Virus record (IMG/VR): IMGVR_UViG_3300044614_001486
Span: 1 to 37,721 of that record
Strand: one strand, 5' to 3'
DNA from: a virus
Lineage: Duplodnaviria > Caudoviricetes
Length of the DNA stretch: 37,721 nucleotides
The notes beneath the pieces were generated by a model, which ran no database searches, had not been told where the DNA came from, and saw only the letters and a list, made by a program, of their open reading frames with translations. The translations under genes and the position numbers were made by a program. Shown here piece by piece: positions 8,970 to 18,558 of this stretch. How positions within the stretch are numbered: position 1 is the stretch's first letter; each line of letters begins with the position of its first letter.

Positions 8970-9761
8970 ATGGGCGCCACCCTTGTCCGAGAGCTCTTCT
9001 ACCGGGCCTCTGCGCAGCTCAATGACCTGAGCCCGCAGTTCACTCGCTGGAAGCAGCGCGAGCTGGTGGACGCCTGCAACGATGGCCAGCGGGCCGTCGC
9101 GAAGTACATCCCGTCGAGCTCGGCCCGGGTGGACTCCGTCCGGCTCGCCAGCGGCAGCCGGCAGTCGATCGAGCGCATCCTGGCGGCCGGCATCATCCCT
9201 GGCGACGGCCTGTCGCCGGCAGATGTCAACGGCACCTACTTCCAGGCCGCCATCCGCAACATGGGCGCCAACGGGCTGACCCCCGGCGCACCCATCCGCG
9301 TGATCGACCGCGAGGTGCTGGACACCACGACCCCCGACTGGCACACGCCACCGACCGGAACCTACACCGGCGTGCGAGGCGTGGTTTTCGACCCGCGCTT
9401 CCCGAAGTTCTACTACGTGTGGCCCGCAGTGCCGGCCGCAACCAACTGGTGGATCGAGCAGTCGATGCTGGCCGACCCGGTGCTCACCCCCCACGCGGCA
9501 GAGGGAACGTACGCCTGGGACGGCACGAGCAACGTCACCATCTCGATCGACGACAAGTACGTCGACGATCTGCTGACCTACATCATGGCGCGCGCCTTCA
9601 TGAAGGACGCCGAGTGGGCCGCGAATCCGCAGATGGCTCAGAGCTATACCTCCATGTTCGTCGGGAGCGTGAATGCCCAGGCCGCAGCCCTCACTGGCGC
9701 AAACCCGAACCTGCAGTCCCTGCCGTTCAATCCAAACGTGCCTAAGAGGGCGGCTCAGTGA
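8970..9761 (+). CDS. head-tail adaptor protein
   Basis: GAGGGAG SD. LND...TRWKQRELVDACNDGQ and LLTYIMARAFMKDAE match the adaptor pattern; expected position. Confidence 0.72.
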   Translation: MGATLVRELFYRASAQLNDLSPQFTRWKQRELVDACNDGQRAVAKYIPSSSARVDSVRLASGSRQSIERILAAGIIPGDGLSPADVNGTYFQAAIRNMGANGLTPGAPIRVIDREVLDTTTPDWHTPPTGTYTGVRGVVFDPRFPKFYYVWPAVPAATNWWIEQSMLADPVLTPHAAEGTYAWDGTSNVTISIDDKYVDDLLTYIMARAFMKDAEWAANPQMAQSYTSMFVGSVNAQAAALTGANPNLQSLPFNPNVPKRAAQ

Positions 9762-10408
9762 GGCCCTCGGAACTCTACTCGCGCATCCTTCCATACGTGG
9801 CTGGCTGCCCAGAGGCGATGGTCGACCAGGCCGTTGTAGATGCCGCTGCTGAGCTGGCAATGTCCAGCCAGTCGATCTTTGATGCGGCCCCTCGGATCCG
9901 CCTCGTTGAAGGCAAGTCGACATACTTCATCTCTGTCGACTCCGGGATGGCAGTAGAGTCCATCTCCTCTGTCTTCGGGCCTGGTGGCCGTGAGCTTCGC
10001 CATGCGCCAAGCCCGCAGGCGCTCTCGGACATGCTCCAAGACTGGCGCACCGCGGAGTCCAGCGAGCCGACTTACTACAGCACCTGGGGTTCTGCCGAAC
10101 AGGTGACCGTCTACCCTCGCCCAGCAAGGCTTAAGCCAGGCGCTGAGATTGTCGTGTACGGTACGTGGCGCCCAACCATGGACGCCACCTCATTTCCCGA
10201 TGAGTTTGGTCGCGAGCACTTCCTGACGATCGTCGAGGGCGCCAAGTCCAAGCTCATGTCCATGCCGGACAGGAAGTGGACTAACCTTCAGCTGGCCGGC
10301 GTGCACGCCAGCGGGTTTCAGTCCGGCATCATCGACGCCCGCATCAAGGCGCTACACGCCAACGCGGCGGGCTCCATCAAGGCCAGGCCTCAGCGATTCG
10401 GGGGCTGA
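9758..10408 (+). CDS. second adaptor / tail tubular protein A-like
   Basis: GTGA overlap. ILPYVAGCPE, VTVYPRP, IVEGAKSKLMSMPDRKWTN. Confidence 0.68.
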   Translation: MRPSELYSRILPYVAGCPEAMVDQAVVDAAAELAMSSQSIFDAAPRIRLVEGKSTYFISVDSGMAVESISSVFGPGGRELRHAPSPQALSDMLQDWRTAESSEPTYYSTWGSAEQVTVYPRPARLKPGAEIVVYGTWRPTMDATSFPDEFGREHFLTIVEGAKSKLMSMPDRKWTNLQLAGVHASGFQSGIIDARIKALHANAAGSIKARPQRFGG

Positions 10409-10409
10409 C

Positions 10410-12035
10410 ATGCCTGCGATTGTCGTCAAGGCTTTCGGCGGCATGAGGCCCATCGTGGAGCCCCATCTGCTTGATCCGTCGGAGTCCGTGCTGGCCCAGA
10501 ACGTGCGCCTCATCAGCGGCGCGGTTCAGCCCCTGCGCGGGTCGACCGTTCTGCGCTCGCTCAACGTCACGGCGCCCAAGACGATCTGGCGCTTCGGCAA
10601 CAGCACGAACGAGAGCGAGTGGTGGCTCGAGTTTGCAAACCAGACGGACGTCATCCGATCGCCGATCCCGTCGGACTCGTGGGGGCGGACCTACTGGACC
10701 GACGGCGCGACACCGAAGTACGCCCCCAGCACGCTGCTGCTGTCCGGCACCGGCGCGTACCCTGGCGCAAGCTACACGCTCGGTGTTCCGGCGCCGACGG
10801 CCGCACCGTCCATCTTTGGCGCGGCCAGCAGTGAGCCGAGTGCCGAGACTCGCTCCTACGTCTACACCTACGTCTCGGCCTTCGGAGAGGAGGGCCCGCC
10901 CTCGCCGCCCTCGCCGCCGCAGACGCTCAACCCAGATTTGGCCGTCACCGTCTCATCGATGCAGACCGGCCCGTCTGGCGCGTACAGCATCACGCTCAAG
11001 CGCATCTACCGCACGTCGGCCGTCGGATCGAGCGCGCAGTTCCAGTTCGTGACGGAGATCCCGGTGGCGACCACGAGCTACGTCGACACCGTCGCCCAGG
11101 CATCGCTCGGCGAGGTGCTGGCCACAGAAGATTGGCAGCCCCCGCCGGCCGGCCTGCGCGGCCTGAAGATGCTCGCAAACGGGGGCGCCATCGGGTTCGT
11201 CGGCAACACCGTCTACACGACAGAGCCGAATCTGCCTCACGCCTGGGCCCACTCCACGGCCATCGAGGACACGATCGTCGGGATCGGCGTCTTCCGTCAG
11301 GGGGCGGCGCTCCTCACCAACGGGCACCCTTACATCTTCACCGGGGCAGACCCCGGGGCGATGACGCCAGAGCGGCTTGAGCGCCCGCTGGCCTGCCTGT
11401 CGCGAGAGAGCATCGTCGACACCGGGGACGGCTGTCTGTACGCATCGTCAGAGGGCTTGGTGTCGGTAGGCGCCGGCGGCGCCGAGGTCGCCACCAAGCG
11501 GCTCATCAGCCAAGCGCAGTGGCATGCGTACGACCCGTCTTCGATGGTTGGCGCCGTCATCGAAGGCCGATACCACTGCCTGTACACCACCAGCGGCGGC
11601 CAGCGCGGCATGCTGATCTTCGACTTCGAGGGCGGCGGGGCGGTGTTCACCGTCAGCAACATCAACGAAGCCACCGCGATCACCGCGATGTACGCGGACC
11701 CCAGGACTGGGAACCTCTACATGGCGCAGGGCGGCAACATCGTCAGGTACGACCGCGGGAGCGCTCTGTCTGGCGTCTGGCGCAGCGGCATCTACCGACT
11801 GGCTTCGCCCGCCAACATGGCCTGCTTCGCTGTGGATGCAGCGTCCTACCCAGTGACCCTGCGCGTCTTCGCGGACGGTGCCATGGTGCACACGGCTAGC
11901 GTTGCCTCGAGGTTCGCGCAGCGCCTCCCAGCAGGTTTCGAGGCGACCGAGTGGAGCTTCGAGCTTGAGGGCTCCGCCAAGATGACGCGGATCGTGCTCG
12001 CGACATCCATGTCGGAGCTGAAGGAGGCGCTGTGA
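10410..12035 (+). CDS. tail nozzle / DNA stabilisation (tubular B-like) protein
   Basis: 541 aa beta-rich. FGGMRP, RSYVYTYVSAFGEEGPPS, RIYRT, EPNLPHAW, ACLSRESIVD. Confidence 0.78.
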   Translation: MPAIVVKAFGGMRPIVEPHLLDPSESVLAQNVRLISGAVQPLRGSTVLRSLNVTAPKTIWRFGNSTNESEWWLEFANQTDVIRSPIPSDSWGRTYWTDGATPKYAPSTLLLSGTGAYPGASYTLGVPAPTAAPSIFGAASSEPSAETRSYVYTYVSAFGEEGPPSPPSPPQTLNPDLAVTVSSMQTGPSGAYSITLKRIYRTSAVGSSAQFQFVTEIPVATTSYVDTVAQASLGEVLATEDWQPPPAGLRGLKMLANGGAIGFVGNTVYTTEPNLPHAWAHSTAIEDTIVGIGVFRQGAALLTNGHPYIFTGADPGAMTPERLERPLACLSRESIVDTGDGCLYASSEGLVSVGAGGAEVATKRLISQAQWHAYDPSSMVGAVIEGRYHCLYTTSGGQRGMLIFDFEGGGAVFTVSNINEATAITAMYADPRTGNLYMAQGGNIVRYDRGSALSGVWRSGIYRLASPANMACFAVDAASYPVTLRVFADGAMVHTASVASRFAQRLPAGFEATEWSFELEGSAKMTRIVLATSMSELKEAL

Positions 12036-14881
12036 CGCGCCAGACGAAGGTGCCTTCGCTGCCGGCGCCGACGGCAAACAACCAGCTCGACTTCGCAAAG
12101 GCAGTCAAGGGCATATTCGATGTTCGAGAGGGACTCGCTGGCGACCCGCTCGACTCCAACGTCACGTTCCGCGCGCTGGTTGACAGCGGGATCATCTCGG
12201 TCTCACGCAACAGCGCTGGCGGCATCGGCAGCATCGGCGGCGCCCCGGCAACCGGAGGCGGGCCGCCGGACCTGACTTCGCCACCTGTCGCGACCGGCCT
12301 GACCGTCACAAACACCCTCACCAGCATCATCCTGCAGTGGGACGCCTGGCCGTACGGCAACCACGCCTTCACCGAGATCTGGCGCTCCGAAACAACCAGC
12401 ATCGGCGCGGCCGTCCTCATCGGCACCAGCGCGACGCGGTTCTACGCTGACGCCGTCGGGCGGACGGGCCGAACCTACTACTACTGGATCAGGTTCAGGA
12501 GCGAGTCCGACGTTCCGGGCCCGTACAACTCGGTGAGCGGCACTGTCGGCTCGACTGGCGTGATTAACAACAGCGACCTTGGCCCACTCATCATTGAGGC
12601 TGGGAACCTGGCCGCGGGCTCCGTGACAGCTGCTAAGTTTGTCAGCTCGATCGAGCCCATCAGCATCGTGCTCGGCGCGCTGCCGACCGCGCTGTCAACC
12701 CGCACCATATTTCTCTCAAGCGACGGCAAGCTGTATCGTTGGAATGGCTCCGCCTACGTCGCAAGCGTTCCTGCCACAGACCTGGCCGGGACGATTACCA
12801 CTACGCAGATCGCAGACGACTCGATCTCGACACCAAAGCTCGTTGCCGGCTCAATCACGACATCGAAGATCGCCGCAGGCGCGGTGACTGCCAACGAGAT
12901 CGCAGCTAACACGATCGCCGCAGGGCAGATTGCGGCGGGCGCCATCACGGCGACCAAGATCGCCGCCAACGCGATTGCGGTCGGCACTGCGGCGATTCAG
13001 AACGGCGCGATCACCAACGCGATGATCGACAACCTGTCAGCAACCAAGCTCACCGCCGGCTACGCCGCGGCGGTGGATCTTGAGGCCGGCGTGTTTGCCG
13101 GATCTGAGTTCTACATCGGCGGCGTCGTGACGTATGAGTACGGCGACCCGCTTGCGCCCACCCAGCGAACCGGCATCCTGAGCGTGGCTTCGCCAGCGGT
13201 CGCGCTCAACGACGACGGCGCCACGTTCAACGTGGACTACTTCCGCATCTTCAACGGGTCTGGCATCGAGATCCCGTTCGAGATTGTCGGCGGCGCCGTC
13301 CGCGCCAGGCGGGCGAACATCGAAGACTTGCAGGTCACCAGCGCCAAGATCGACCACATCATCCAGTCTTCCAACTGGAACGGCGCTCACACGCCGCTGA
13401 CGCCGAGCGCAGACCCGCACTACAGCTCTGTCGGGCTGCTGCTGAACTTCGACGCTTCAAGCACCGCAGACCAGTCGTCACTGGCCAACGCCCCCATCAC
13501 GGCGACGGGCATCTCTTTCGAGACGGCATCGCCTTTGGCTGGCGCGGCCAGCATCATCAGCACTTCATCCTCTCAGCTGCTCTACGCGCCGAGCACGACC
13601 TTCAACCACCGCAGCGTCTACACGATCGAGTTCCGCATCAGGCGCACCACGGGGCAGTCGAACGGCTACTTCATGGGGCGCAGTGCGTCGCAGTACATGG
13701 CCATCTTCGACATGAGCCTGTCTGTCACGAACTTCGGCGCCCCGCTGACGGCCAACCTGTCTAGCGGAGTCAACCACCACATCGCCCTGTGCTCTGACGG
13801 CACCACGCTGCGCTTGTTCCGCGACGGGGTGATGGTCGACAGCAGCGCGCCGTCGGCCGCCAACCTGGATGCCCAGCCCTTTGGCGTGCTGGGCATACCG
13901 GGCCGCCCAGACCTGCCGCCGCCCGCCGCGGCGATCGACGCCTTCCGCCTGACGCAGGGCGTTGCCAGGTACACCGCCAACTTCACGCCGCCTGCGGGCC
14001 CGCTGCCGGGCGGGCCGACGCCGGGATTCTTCACCAACTTCGGCACACAGGGCTGGGCGATCTCCAAGTCTGGCGATGTCGCCATCAACAGCCTGTACTC
14101 GCGCGGCGCCATCGCGGGCGGCGGGTTCTCCCCGGTCGACTGGTCTTGGCCCACGTCGGGCGGCGGGTTCTTCGTCGGGCCGCAGGGCATCCGCCTCGGG
14201 CGAGAGGCGTCGGGCCAGTTCTTCGAGGTTGCCGCCGGCGGCGCCATCCGGGCGCCAGGCCTCAACATATCCGGCGGCGTTTTAACTCTCGGTGGATCCG
14301 CTGGATCGGCCGTGATTCAAAACACGTCCAGCTCCGCATTTATTGACCTTGACGCCTCCGCAGACGAGCCGTTCATTCAGGCGACAAGTGCAGGCGCGAG
14401 CACAATTATCTACGCCAACGGAAAGGCTTTCTTTACCAACGAAGAAACCTCTGGAACCTGGTTTGGGGCAGCAGAGCTCATTGGCTCTAGGGTCGTTGGC
14501 GGTGGCGGCAAGGGCGGCGGAACAACGCTTGAGTATTTCCCGCAAGAGGCTCTGGTGGAGTTCGACACCGGATTTAGAGCTGATCTTCTTGACATACGAA
14601 ACAGGAGCTTTACTGCCCGCGTTGGGAATATCTCCGCCGCAAGAGTTGGCGGCCCGTCTGGTGCTGGTGCGTTCCTTGAGGCTGTACAGGTTGAGGCGTC
14701 CACGTCTTCTTCAATTCCGTTCACAGTTGTCCCGTTCAACCCGGCTAACAACCCGTATGGCGGAACTAGCTGCGCCATATTCATCGTTGTTCGGCTGCGA
14801 CTTAGGCCGTCGGCCAACTGGGCGCAATTCACTTCGTTCCAGATTACCAGCCTGAGCTGGGTTCTTGATAGGGTGGCTTAA
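12032..14881 (+). CDS. tail fibre / receptor-binding protein (FN3-like, ITxxKI repeats, LamG/ConA-like domain, variable tip)
   Basis: TEIWRS...YYYWIRF FN3-like segment; tandem (I/V)TAxKIAAGA repeats; LamG-like DPHYSSVGLLLNFD...HHIAL...ARYTANFTPP. Confidence 0.82.
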   Translation: MTRQTKVPSLPAPTANNQLDFAKAVKGIFDVREGLAGDPLDSNVTFRALVDSGIISVSRNSAGGIGSIGGAPATGGGPPDLTSPPVATGLTVTNTLTSIILQWDAWPYGNHAFTEIWRSETTSIGAAVLIGTSATRFYADAVGRTGRTYYYWIRFRSESDVPGPYNSVSGTVGSTGVINNSDLGPLIIEAGNLAAGSVTAAKFVSSIEPISIVLGALPTALSTRTIFLSSDGKLYRWNGSAYVASVPATDLAGTITTTQIADDSISTPKLVAGSITTSKIAAGAVTANEIAANTIAAGQIAAGAITATKIAANAIAVGTAAIQNGAITNAMIDNLSATKLTAGYAAAVDLEAGVFAGSEFYIGGVVTYEYGDPLAPTQRTGILSVASPAVALNDDGATFNVDYFRIFNGSGIEIPFEIVGGAVRARRANIEDLQVTSAKIDHIIQSSNWNGAHTPLTPSADPHYSSVGLLLNFDASSTADQSSLANAPITATGISFETASPLAGAASIISTSSSQLLYAPSTTFNHRSVYTIEFRIRRTTGQSNGYFMGRSASQYMAIFDMSLSVTNFGAPLTANLSSGVNHHIALCSDGTTLRLFRDGVMVDSSAPSAANLDAQPFGVLGIPGRPDLPPPAAAIDAFRLTQGVARYTANFTPPAGPLPGGPTPGFFTNFGTQGWAISKSGDVAINSLYSRGAIAGGGFSPVDWSWPTSGGGFFVGPQGIRLGREASGQFFEVAAGGAIRAPGLNISGGVLTLGGSAGSAVIQNTSSSAFIDLDASADEPFIQATSAGASTIIYANGKAFFTNEETSGTWFGAAELIGSRVVGGGGKGGGTTLEYFPQEALVEFDTGFRADLLDIRNRSFTARVGNISAARVGGPSGAGAFLEAVQVEASTSSSIPFTVVPFNPANNPYGGTSCAIFIVVRLRLRPSANWAQFTSFQITSLSWVLDRVA

Positions 14882-15198
14882 TGCTCTGGTTTATCAATAA
14901 GGAAGACGGCGCGCTGGTTTCATCGATCAGGCCAACCAGTCCAGGGGACTATGCGGGCAGTAGCCTGCATGTTTCGTCGCCGCCGCCAAGTTGCGCTACT
15001 GGCGAGTGGGCGGTGTGGTCTGGCGATGCGTGGAGCTGCGTTGTTGACATGAGGGGCACCACATGGCACCACCCGGACACGCTACAAATGCTGACAATCT
15101 CCCTTGTCGGGGAGCGCCCGCCGGCTGGTTGGGTTGCGGGGCCGCCAGCATCGCCAGCCAACGGCCGGGCCATCATCTACAGCGTGGAGGGCCTATGA
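14881..15198 (+). CDS. tail fibre assembly protein-like
   Basis: TAATG coupling. PPP...AVWSGDAWSCVVDMRGTTW resembles the Tfa family. Confidence 0.7.
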   Translation: MLWFINKEDGALVSSIRPTSPGDYAGSSLHVSSPPPSCATGEWAVWSGDAWSCVVDMRGTTWHHPDTLQMLTISLVGERPPAGWVAGPPASPANGRAIIYSVEGL

Positions 15199-15725
15199 CG
15201 GTGCCGCGCCGCATGTGGAGAGGCCTTTCGACAGGCGATGCCCCGCGCGTCGAGCCTGTCCGCGCCTTCGGCTGGATCGTGCACAAGCACACCCTGCCGC
15301 CAGGCGGCCGGCTCATTGTGGTCTCGACGCAGGCCGTGTCGCGCGATCGCGCGCCGAACCTGGCGATCTACACCGCAGGCCGTGGTGTCGTCACCAATGA
15401 CACTGTCGGCGCGATTCCAGACCGAGAGCCCGGCATGTTCACCGGCGACCGACCCGATCACCCGGCCGGCACCACCACGATCGCGGCCCCCGACGGGCTT
15501 GAGTTCTGGTGCTTCAACTGGCACGCCAACCGCGGCGCACTGCCGGCTGCGACGCCGCTGCGCTGCGCGAGCGCGGAGTCGGTTGAACTCCAGGCCGGCC
15601 AGAGGGTCCTTCTGTGCGCGGGCAAGCTCGGCGACTTCGAGCCCGGCCCGTTCGTGGCGCCCGGCGGCCCCCTTGAGGCCAGCGGCGACGTGTACGGCTT
15701 CTTGATCGAGGGCGATCGTGGGTAA
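15195..15725 (+). CDS. hypothetical protein, possibly cupin-like (176 aa)
   Basis: GGAGG SD and ATGA overlap at 15195; beta-rich with an FWC motif. Confidence 0.65.
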   Translation: MTVPRRMWRGLSTGDAPRVEPVRAFGWIVHKHTLPPGGRLIVVSTQAVSRDRAPNLAIYTAGRGVVTNDTVGAIPDREPGMFTGDRPDHPAGTTTIAAPDGLEFWCFNWHANRGALPAATPLRCASAESVELQAGQRVLLCAGKLGDFEPGPFVAPGGPLEASGDVYGFLIEGDRG

Positions 15726-16449
15726 GCAACCTCTGTGGATGATATCGGCGGGGCACTTGGCGGGCTTGGCCGGCATCTTGCTTGGGCTTTGGCTCGTGGC
15801 AACGGGGGCCGCCAGCCCGTGGTGGCTGCTGCTGTGGCCGCCTCTGCATGTGCTGGGGTCGCTCATGCTTTCGGTGGGCCTTCACCGCTACTTCGCGCAC
15901 GGCTCGTTCCGGACCACCCCGTTCTGGCACAACTTCATGGCGCTCTACAGCGTGCTGCTGCTCAACGGCAGCCCGCACGGCTGGGCCGCGGCGCACAACG
16001 CTCACCACGCCTTCTCGGACACCGATCGCGACCCACACATCGCCGACTGGACCTACCTGGTCTGGAAGCGATACCGTCGCACGCCGCTGGTGACGCGCGG
16101 CCTGCGCAGACTGAGCGGCGACCCGGTGTGTGCATTCGTGCACCGCAACGGCCTGTGGATCTGGATTGCGGTCACGGCGTGCTGCCTGTCCATCTCGCCG
16201 ACCCTCTACGTCTTCGCGTACCTGATGCCGCTCGGCAGCGTGCACCTGATCGGGGCGCTGCACCAGGTCACCAGCCACAAGAACCTGGCCCCCCGTGACA
16301 TCTGGTGGCTCGAGCTCCTGCTGCCGGCCTGCGGAGAGTGGCTCCACAAGACCCACCACGACCACCCGGGACGGTGGGACTTCAAGACCAAGCCACACCA
16401 CCTGGACCTCGGATCTCGCTTCGTGCGGGCCATCCGCACGGCGCCCTGA
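15718..16449 (+). CDS. membrane fatty-acid desaturase (delta-9/OLE1-DesC-like)
   Basis: Hydrophobic segments plus three His boxes: HRYFAH (15883-15900), HNAHH (15994-16008, followed by FSDTDRDPH) and GEWLHKTHH (His box at 16345-16359). Confidence 0.9.
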   Translation: MGKQPLWMISAGHLAGLAGILLGLWLVATGAASPWWLLLWPPLHVLGSLMLSVGLHRYFAHGSFRTTPFWHNFMALYSVLLLNGSPHGWAAAHNAHHAFSDTDRDPHIADWTYLVWKRYRRTPLVTRGLRRLSGDPVCAFVHRNGLWIWIAVTACCLSISPTLYVFAYLMPLGSVHLIGALHQVTSHKNLAPRDIWWLELLLPACGEWLHKTHHDHPGRWDFKTKPHHLDLGSRFVRAIRTAP

Positions 16450-16529
16450 GGCGGCCCGCCGAGTCCTTGGAATACCGCAGCCCTGCGCCAGATCCGTCCA
16501 TAGAATCGGCGGCCACAACCCGGCCCGCC

Positions 16530-17153
16530 ATGAGCAACTTTCACAAAATCGCGCAGGGAATAGATGCGTCCGCTCAATCGGCGGCTGCGTCTTTGCCGAC
16601 CGCATTCTGGGTGGATGACTTCCTGATCGACCCGGTGGCGACGCGGCTTGACGCGATCGGCGCCGAGTTCATCGACTGGGAAGGCCCCGACGGCCAGGTC
16701 TACAAGCGCGTCTGCCTGAAGGAAGTGCCAGGCCTGCGCGAGGGCCTTGAGCGCATCTTCGGCGGCGTCGAGATCCTGGCCCAGGGCTACCGCCTCAACT
16801 ACGCCGGCGAGCCACCGAACCAATCCATCCACGCCGACATCGGCTGGGGCGACTGGGCTGCTGTCCTGTGCCTGACGAACGGCCCCGGCGGCACCGCGCT
16901 CTGGCGACATCGCGAAACAGGCGCCGAGGCCATCCACTCGGGCCAGCACGACCTTCTGGCGCGCCTCCAGGCCGACTTCGTCAACGCCGACGCCTGGGAG
17001 CTGCGCAGCCTATCGCCGATGGCCTTCAACCGATGCGCCATCTACGACAGCCGGCTCTTCCACAGCCGGTGGCCATTTGAGGCCTTCGGCTCCACGCCGG
17101 AAGATGGCCGCCTGGTGGCTGTGGCGTTCTTCAACGCCAAGGTGCGCCCTTGA
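16530..17153 (+). CDS. 2OG-Fe(II) oxygenase-like protein (DUF6445-like)
   Basis: VDDFLIDP, IHAD (HxD), AAVLCL, GGTALWRH, FNRCAIYDSRLFHS (distal His), RLVAVAFF. Confidence 0.78.
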   Translation: MSNFHKIAQGIDASAQSAAASLPTAFWVDDFLIDPVATRLDAIGAEFIDWEGPDGQVYKRVCLKEVPGLREGLERIFGGVEILAQGYRLNYAGEPPNQSIHADIGWGDWAAVLCLTNGPGGTALWRHRETGAEAIHSGQHDLLARLQADFVNADAWELRSLSPMAFNRCAIYDSRLFHSRWPFEAFGSTPEDGRLVAVAFFNAKVRP

Positions 17154-17602
17154 TCCGGCGCGCCGGCCAGGCCGACATCGACGTCATCGTCGACATGGGC
17201 GAGAGGTTCTACGCGACGACGAAGTACCGCGAGTGGGCCCCGTTCTGCCGCGACTCATCGCGCCATCTTGTGCAGCGCCTGGTCGACGACGGGGTCGTTC
17301 TGCTGTCCGAGCGCGGCGGCTCTGCCGACGGAATGGTCGGCGTCTTCGTTGCGCCGTTCATGTTCTGCCACGACGTGCTGTGTGCACACGAGGTCTTCTG
17401 GTGGGTTGAACCCGAGTCTCGCGGCGGCCTGACTGCCTGGCGGCTGCTGCAGCGCCTTGAGCAGGAGTGCTCCGCGGCCGGATGCTCGGCCATCCAAATG
17501 CTATCGCTGGACACCTCTCCGAGCCAGGCCGACAAGCTGTACGAGCGAGCCGGCTACGGGCACACGGAGAAGGCATTCACCAAGATCCTGAGGAGGATGT
17601 AA
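17150..17602 (+). CDS. GNAT-family acetyltransferase
   Basis: MIRRA...DI, EVFWWVEPESRGG, KLYERAGY; this position just before internal virion genes is common in podophages. Confidence 0.85.
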   Translation: MIRRAGQADIDVIVDMGERFYATTKYREWAPFCRDSSRHLVQRLVDDGVVLLSERGGSADGMVGVFVAPFMFCHDVLCAHEVFWWVEPESRGGLTAWRLLQRLEQECSAAGCSAIQMLSLDTSPSQADKLYERAGYGHTEKAFTKILRRM

Positions 17603-18549
17603 TGGCTGCAATCACTGGGGCCGCGCTTGTGGGCGCCACCGTCTACTCGGCTAACAAGGCGTCGAAGGCTCAGAAGGGCGCCACCGCAGCAGCTGCTGAC
17701 GCCGCCGCCCGCTCTGACGAACTGTCTCGCGAGCAGTTCGACTGGAACAAGTGGGTCTACGAGAACGACATCGCTCCGTCCAACAAGGCCAACCAAGAGC
17801 TGCAGATGCTTCTGGCGGAGGACTACCTCGACACGTCGCAACAGCAGAAGCGCTTTGCTGAGGAGCAGCGCGACGAGTACCGGAGCACCTTCCTGCCGTT
17901 AGAGCGGCGGGTCGCCGCCGACGCGATGGGGTACGACTCTGAGGCCAACGTTCGCCGCAAGTCCGGCGAGGCGGCGGCTAACGTGAACCAGCAGTTCAGC
18001 AACGCCATCGGCCAGCGTACGCGCGCGCTGGGCCGCTACGGCCTGTCCTCGAGCGGCGGCACCGGGCAGCTGGCCAAGGACACCCTGGCCCAGGCTGCGG
18101 CCGCAAGCGGCGCGGCCACTGGTGCGGCGACCGCCACCGAAGACAAGGCGATCGCTCTGCGGTCTGGTGTTGCCAACTTCGGGCGCAACATGCCCAACAC
18201 CTCGGCCCAGTTCTTCGCCGGCAGCAACAACTCCAACGCTGGCGCCTCGGGCGCGTCTGACGCCGCATCGCGGGCAACCATGCCTGGCGCCAACTTCATG
18301 AACAACGCCTACGACTCCCGCGTCGGCGGCATTATCCGCTCCGGCACCATGCTCGCCAACGCGCGCGCTGGCGAGGCCGCCATGTGGGGCAATGTCGCCC
18401 AGGGCCTTGGGCAGATGACCGGCTCCATGTGGAATCAGGCCGGCGGGTGGGGTGGCATCAAGGCTGGGCTCGGCGGGCTCTTCTCGCCGGCAGCCACGCA
18501 GCCGCACACGACAAACACCTACGGTCCGGGCGCCACTGGCGGCTGGTAA
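17602..18549 (+). CDS. internal virion / DNA ejection protein (315 aa)
   Basis: AGGAGG SD, TAATG coupling. Hydrophobic A/G-rich N-terminus, coiled coil, Gly-rich C-terminus; no Cys. Confidence 0.72.
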   Translation: MAAITGAALVGATVYSANKASKAQKGATAAAADAAARSDELSREQFDWNKWVYENDIAPSNKANQELQMLLAEDYLDTSQQQKRFAEEQRDEYRSTFLPLERRVAADAMGYDSEANVRRKSGEAAANVNQQFSNAIGQRTRALGRYGLSSSGGTGQLAKDTLAQAAAASGAATGAATATEDKAIALRSGVANFGRNMPNTSAQFFAGSNNSNAGASGASDAASRATMPGANFMNNAYDSRVGGIIRSGTMLANARAGEAAMWGNVAQGLGQMTGSMWNQAGGWGGIKAGLGGLFSPAATQPHTTNTYGPGATGGW

Positions 18550-18558
18550 GGAGACAAG

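Noticed and set aside
2238-9923. Long minus-strand ORFs (2238-3863, 6541-8073, 7839-9923) and similar ones at 25629-27920, 28044-29522 and 34383-35417
   Set aside because: Antisense shadows of GC-rich genes; no motifs, and they fully overlap well-supported plus-strand genes.
12780-13060. Tandem repeats in the tail fibre as a possible CRISPR array or DGR template
   Set aside because: Degenerate 10-aa protein repeats with variable codons; no identical DNA repeats with spacers, no adenine-specific variant pair, no reverse transcriptase.
5194-17601. Upstream starts in the ORF track (5194, 6168, 7902, 8575, 15063, 16305, 17467)
   Set aside because: Downstream ATGs (5227, 6183, 7962, 8590, 15195, 16530, 17602) have SD sequences or stop-start coupling, or avoid long overlaps.
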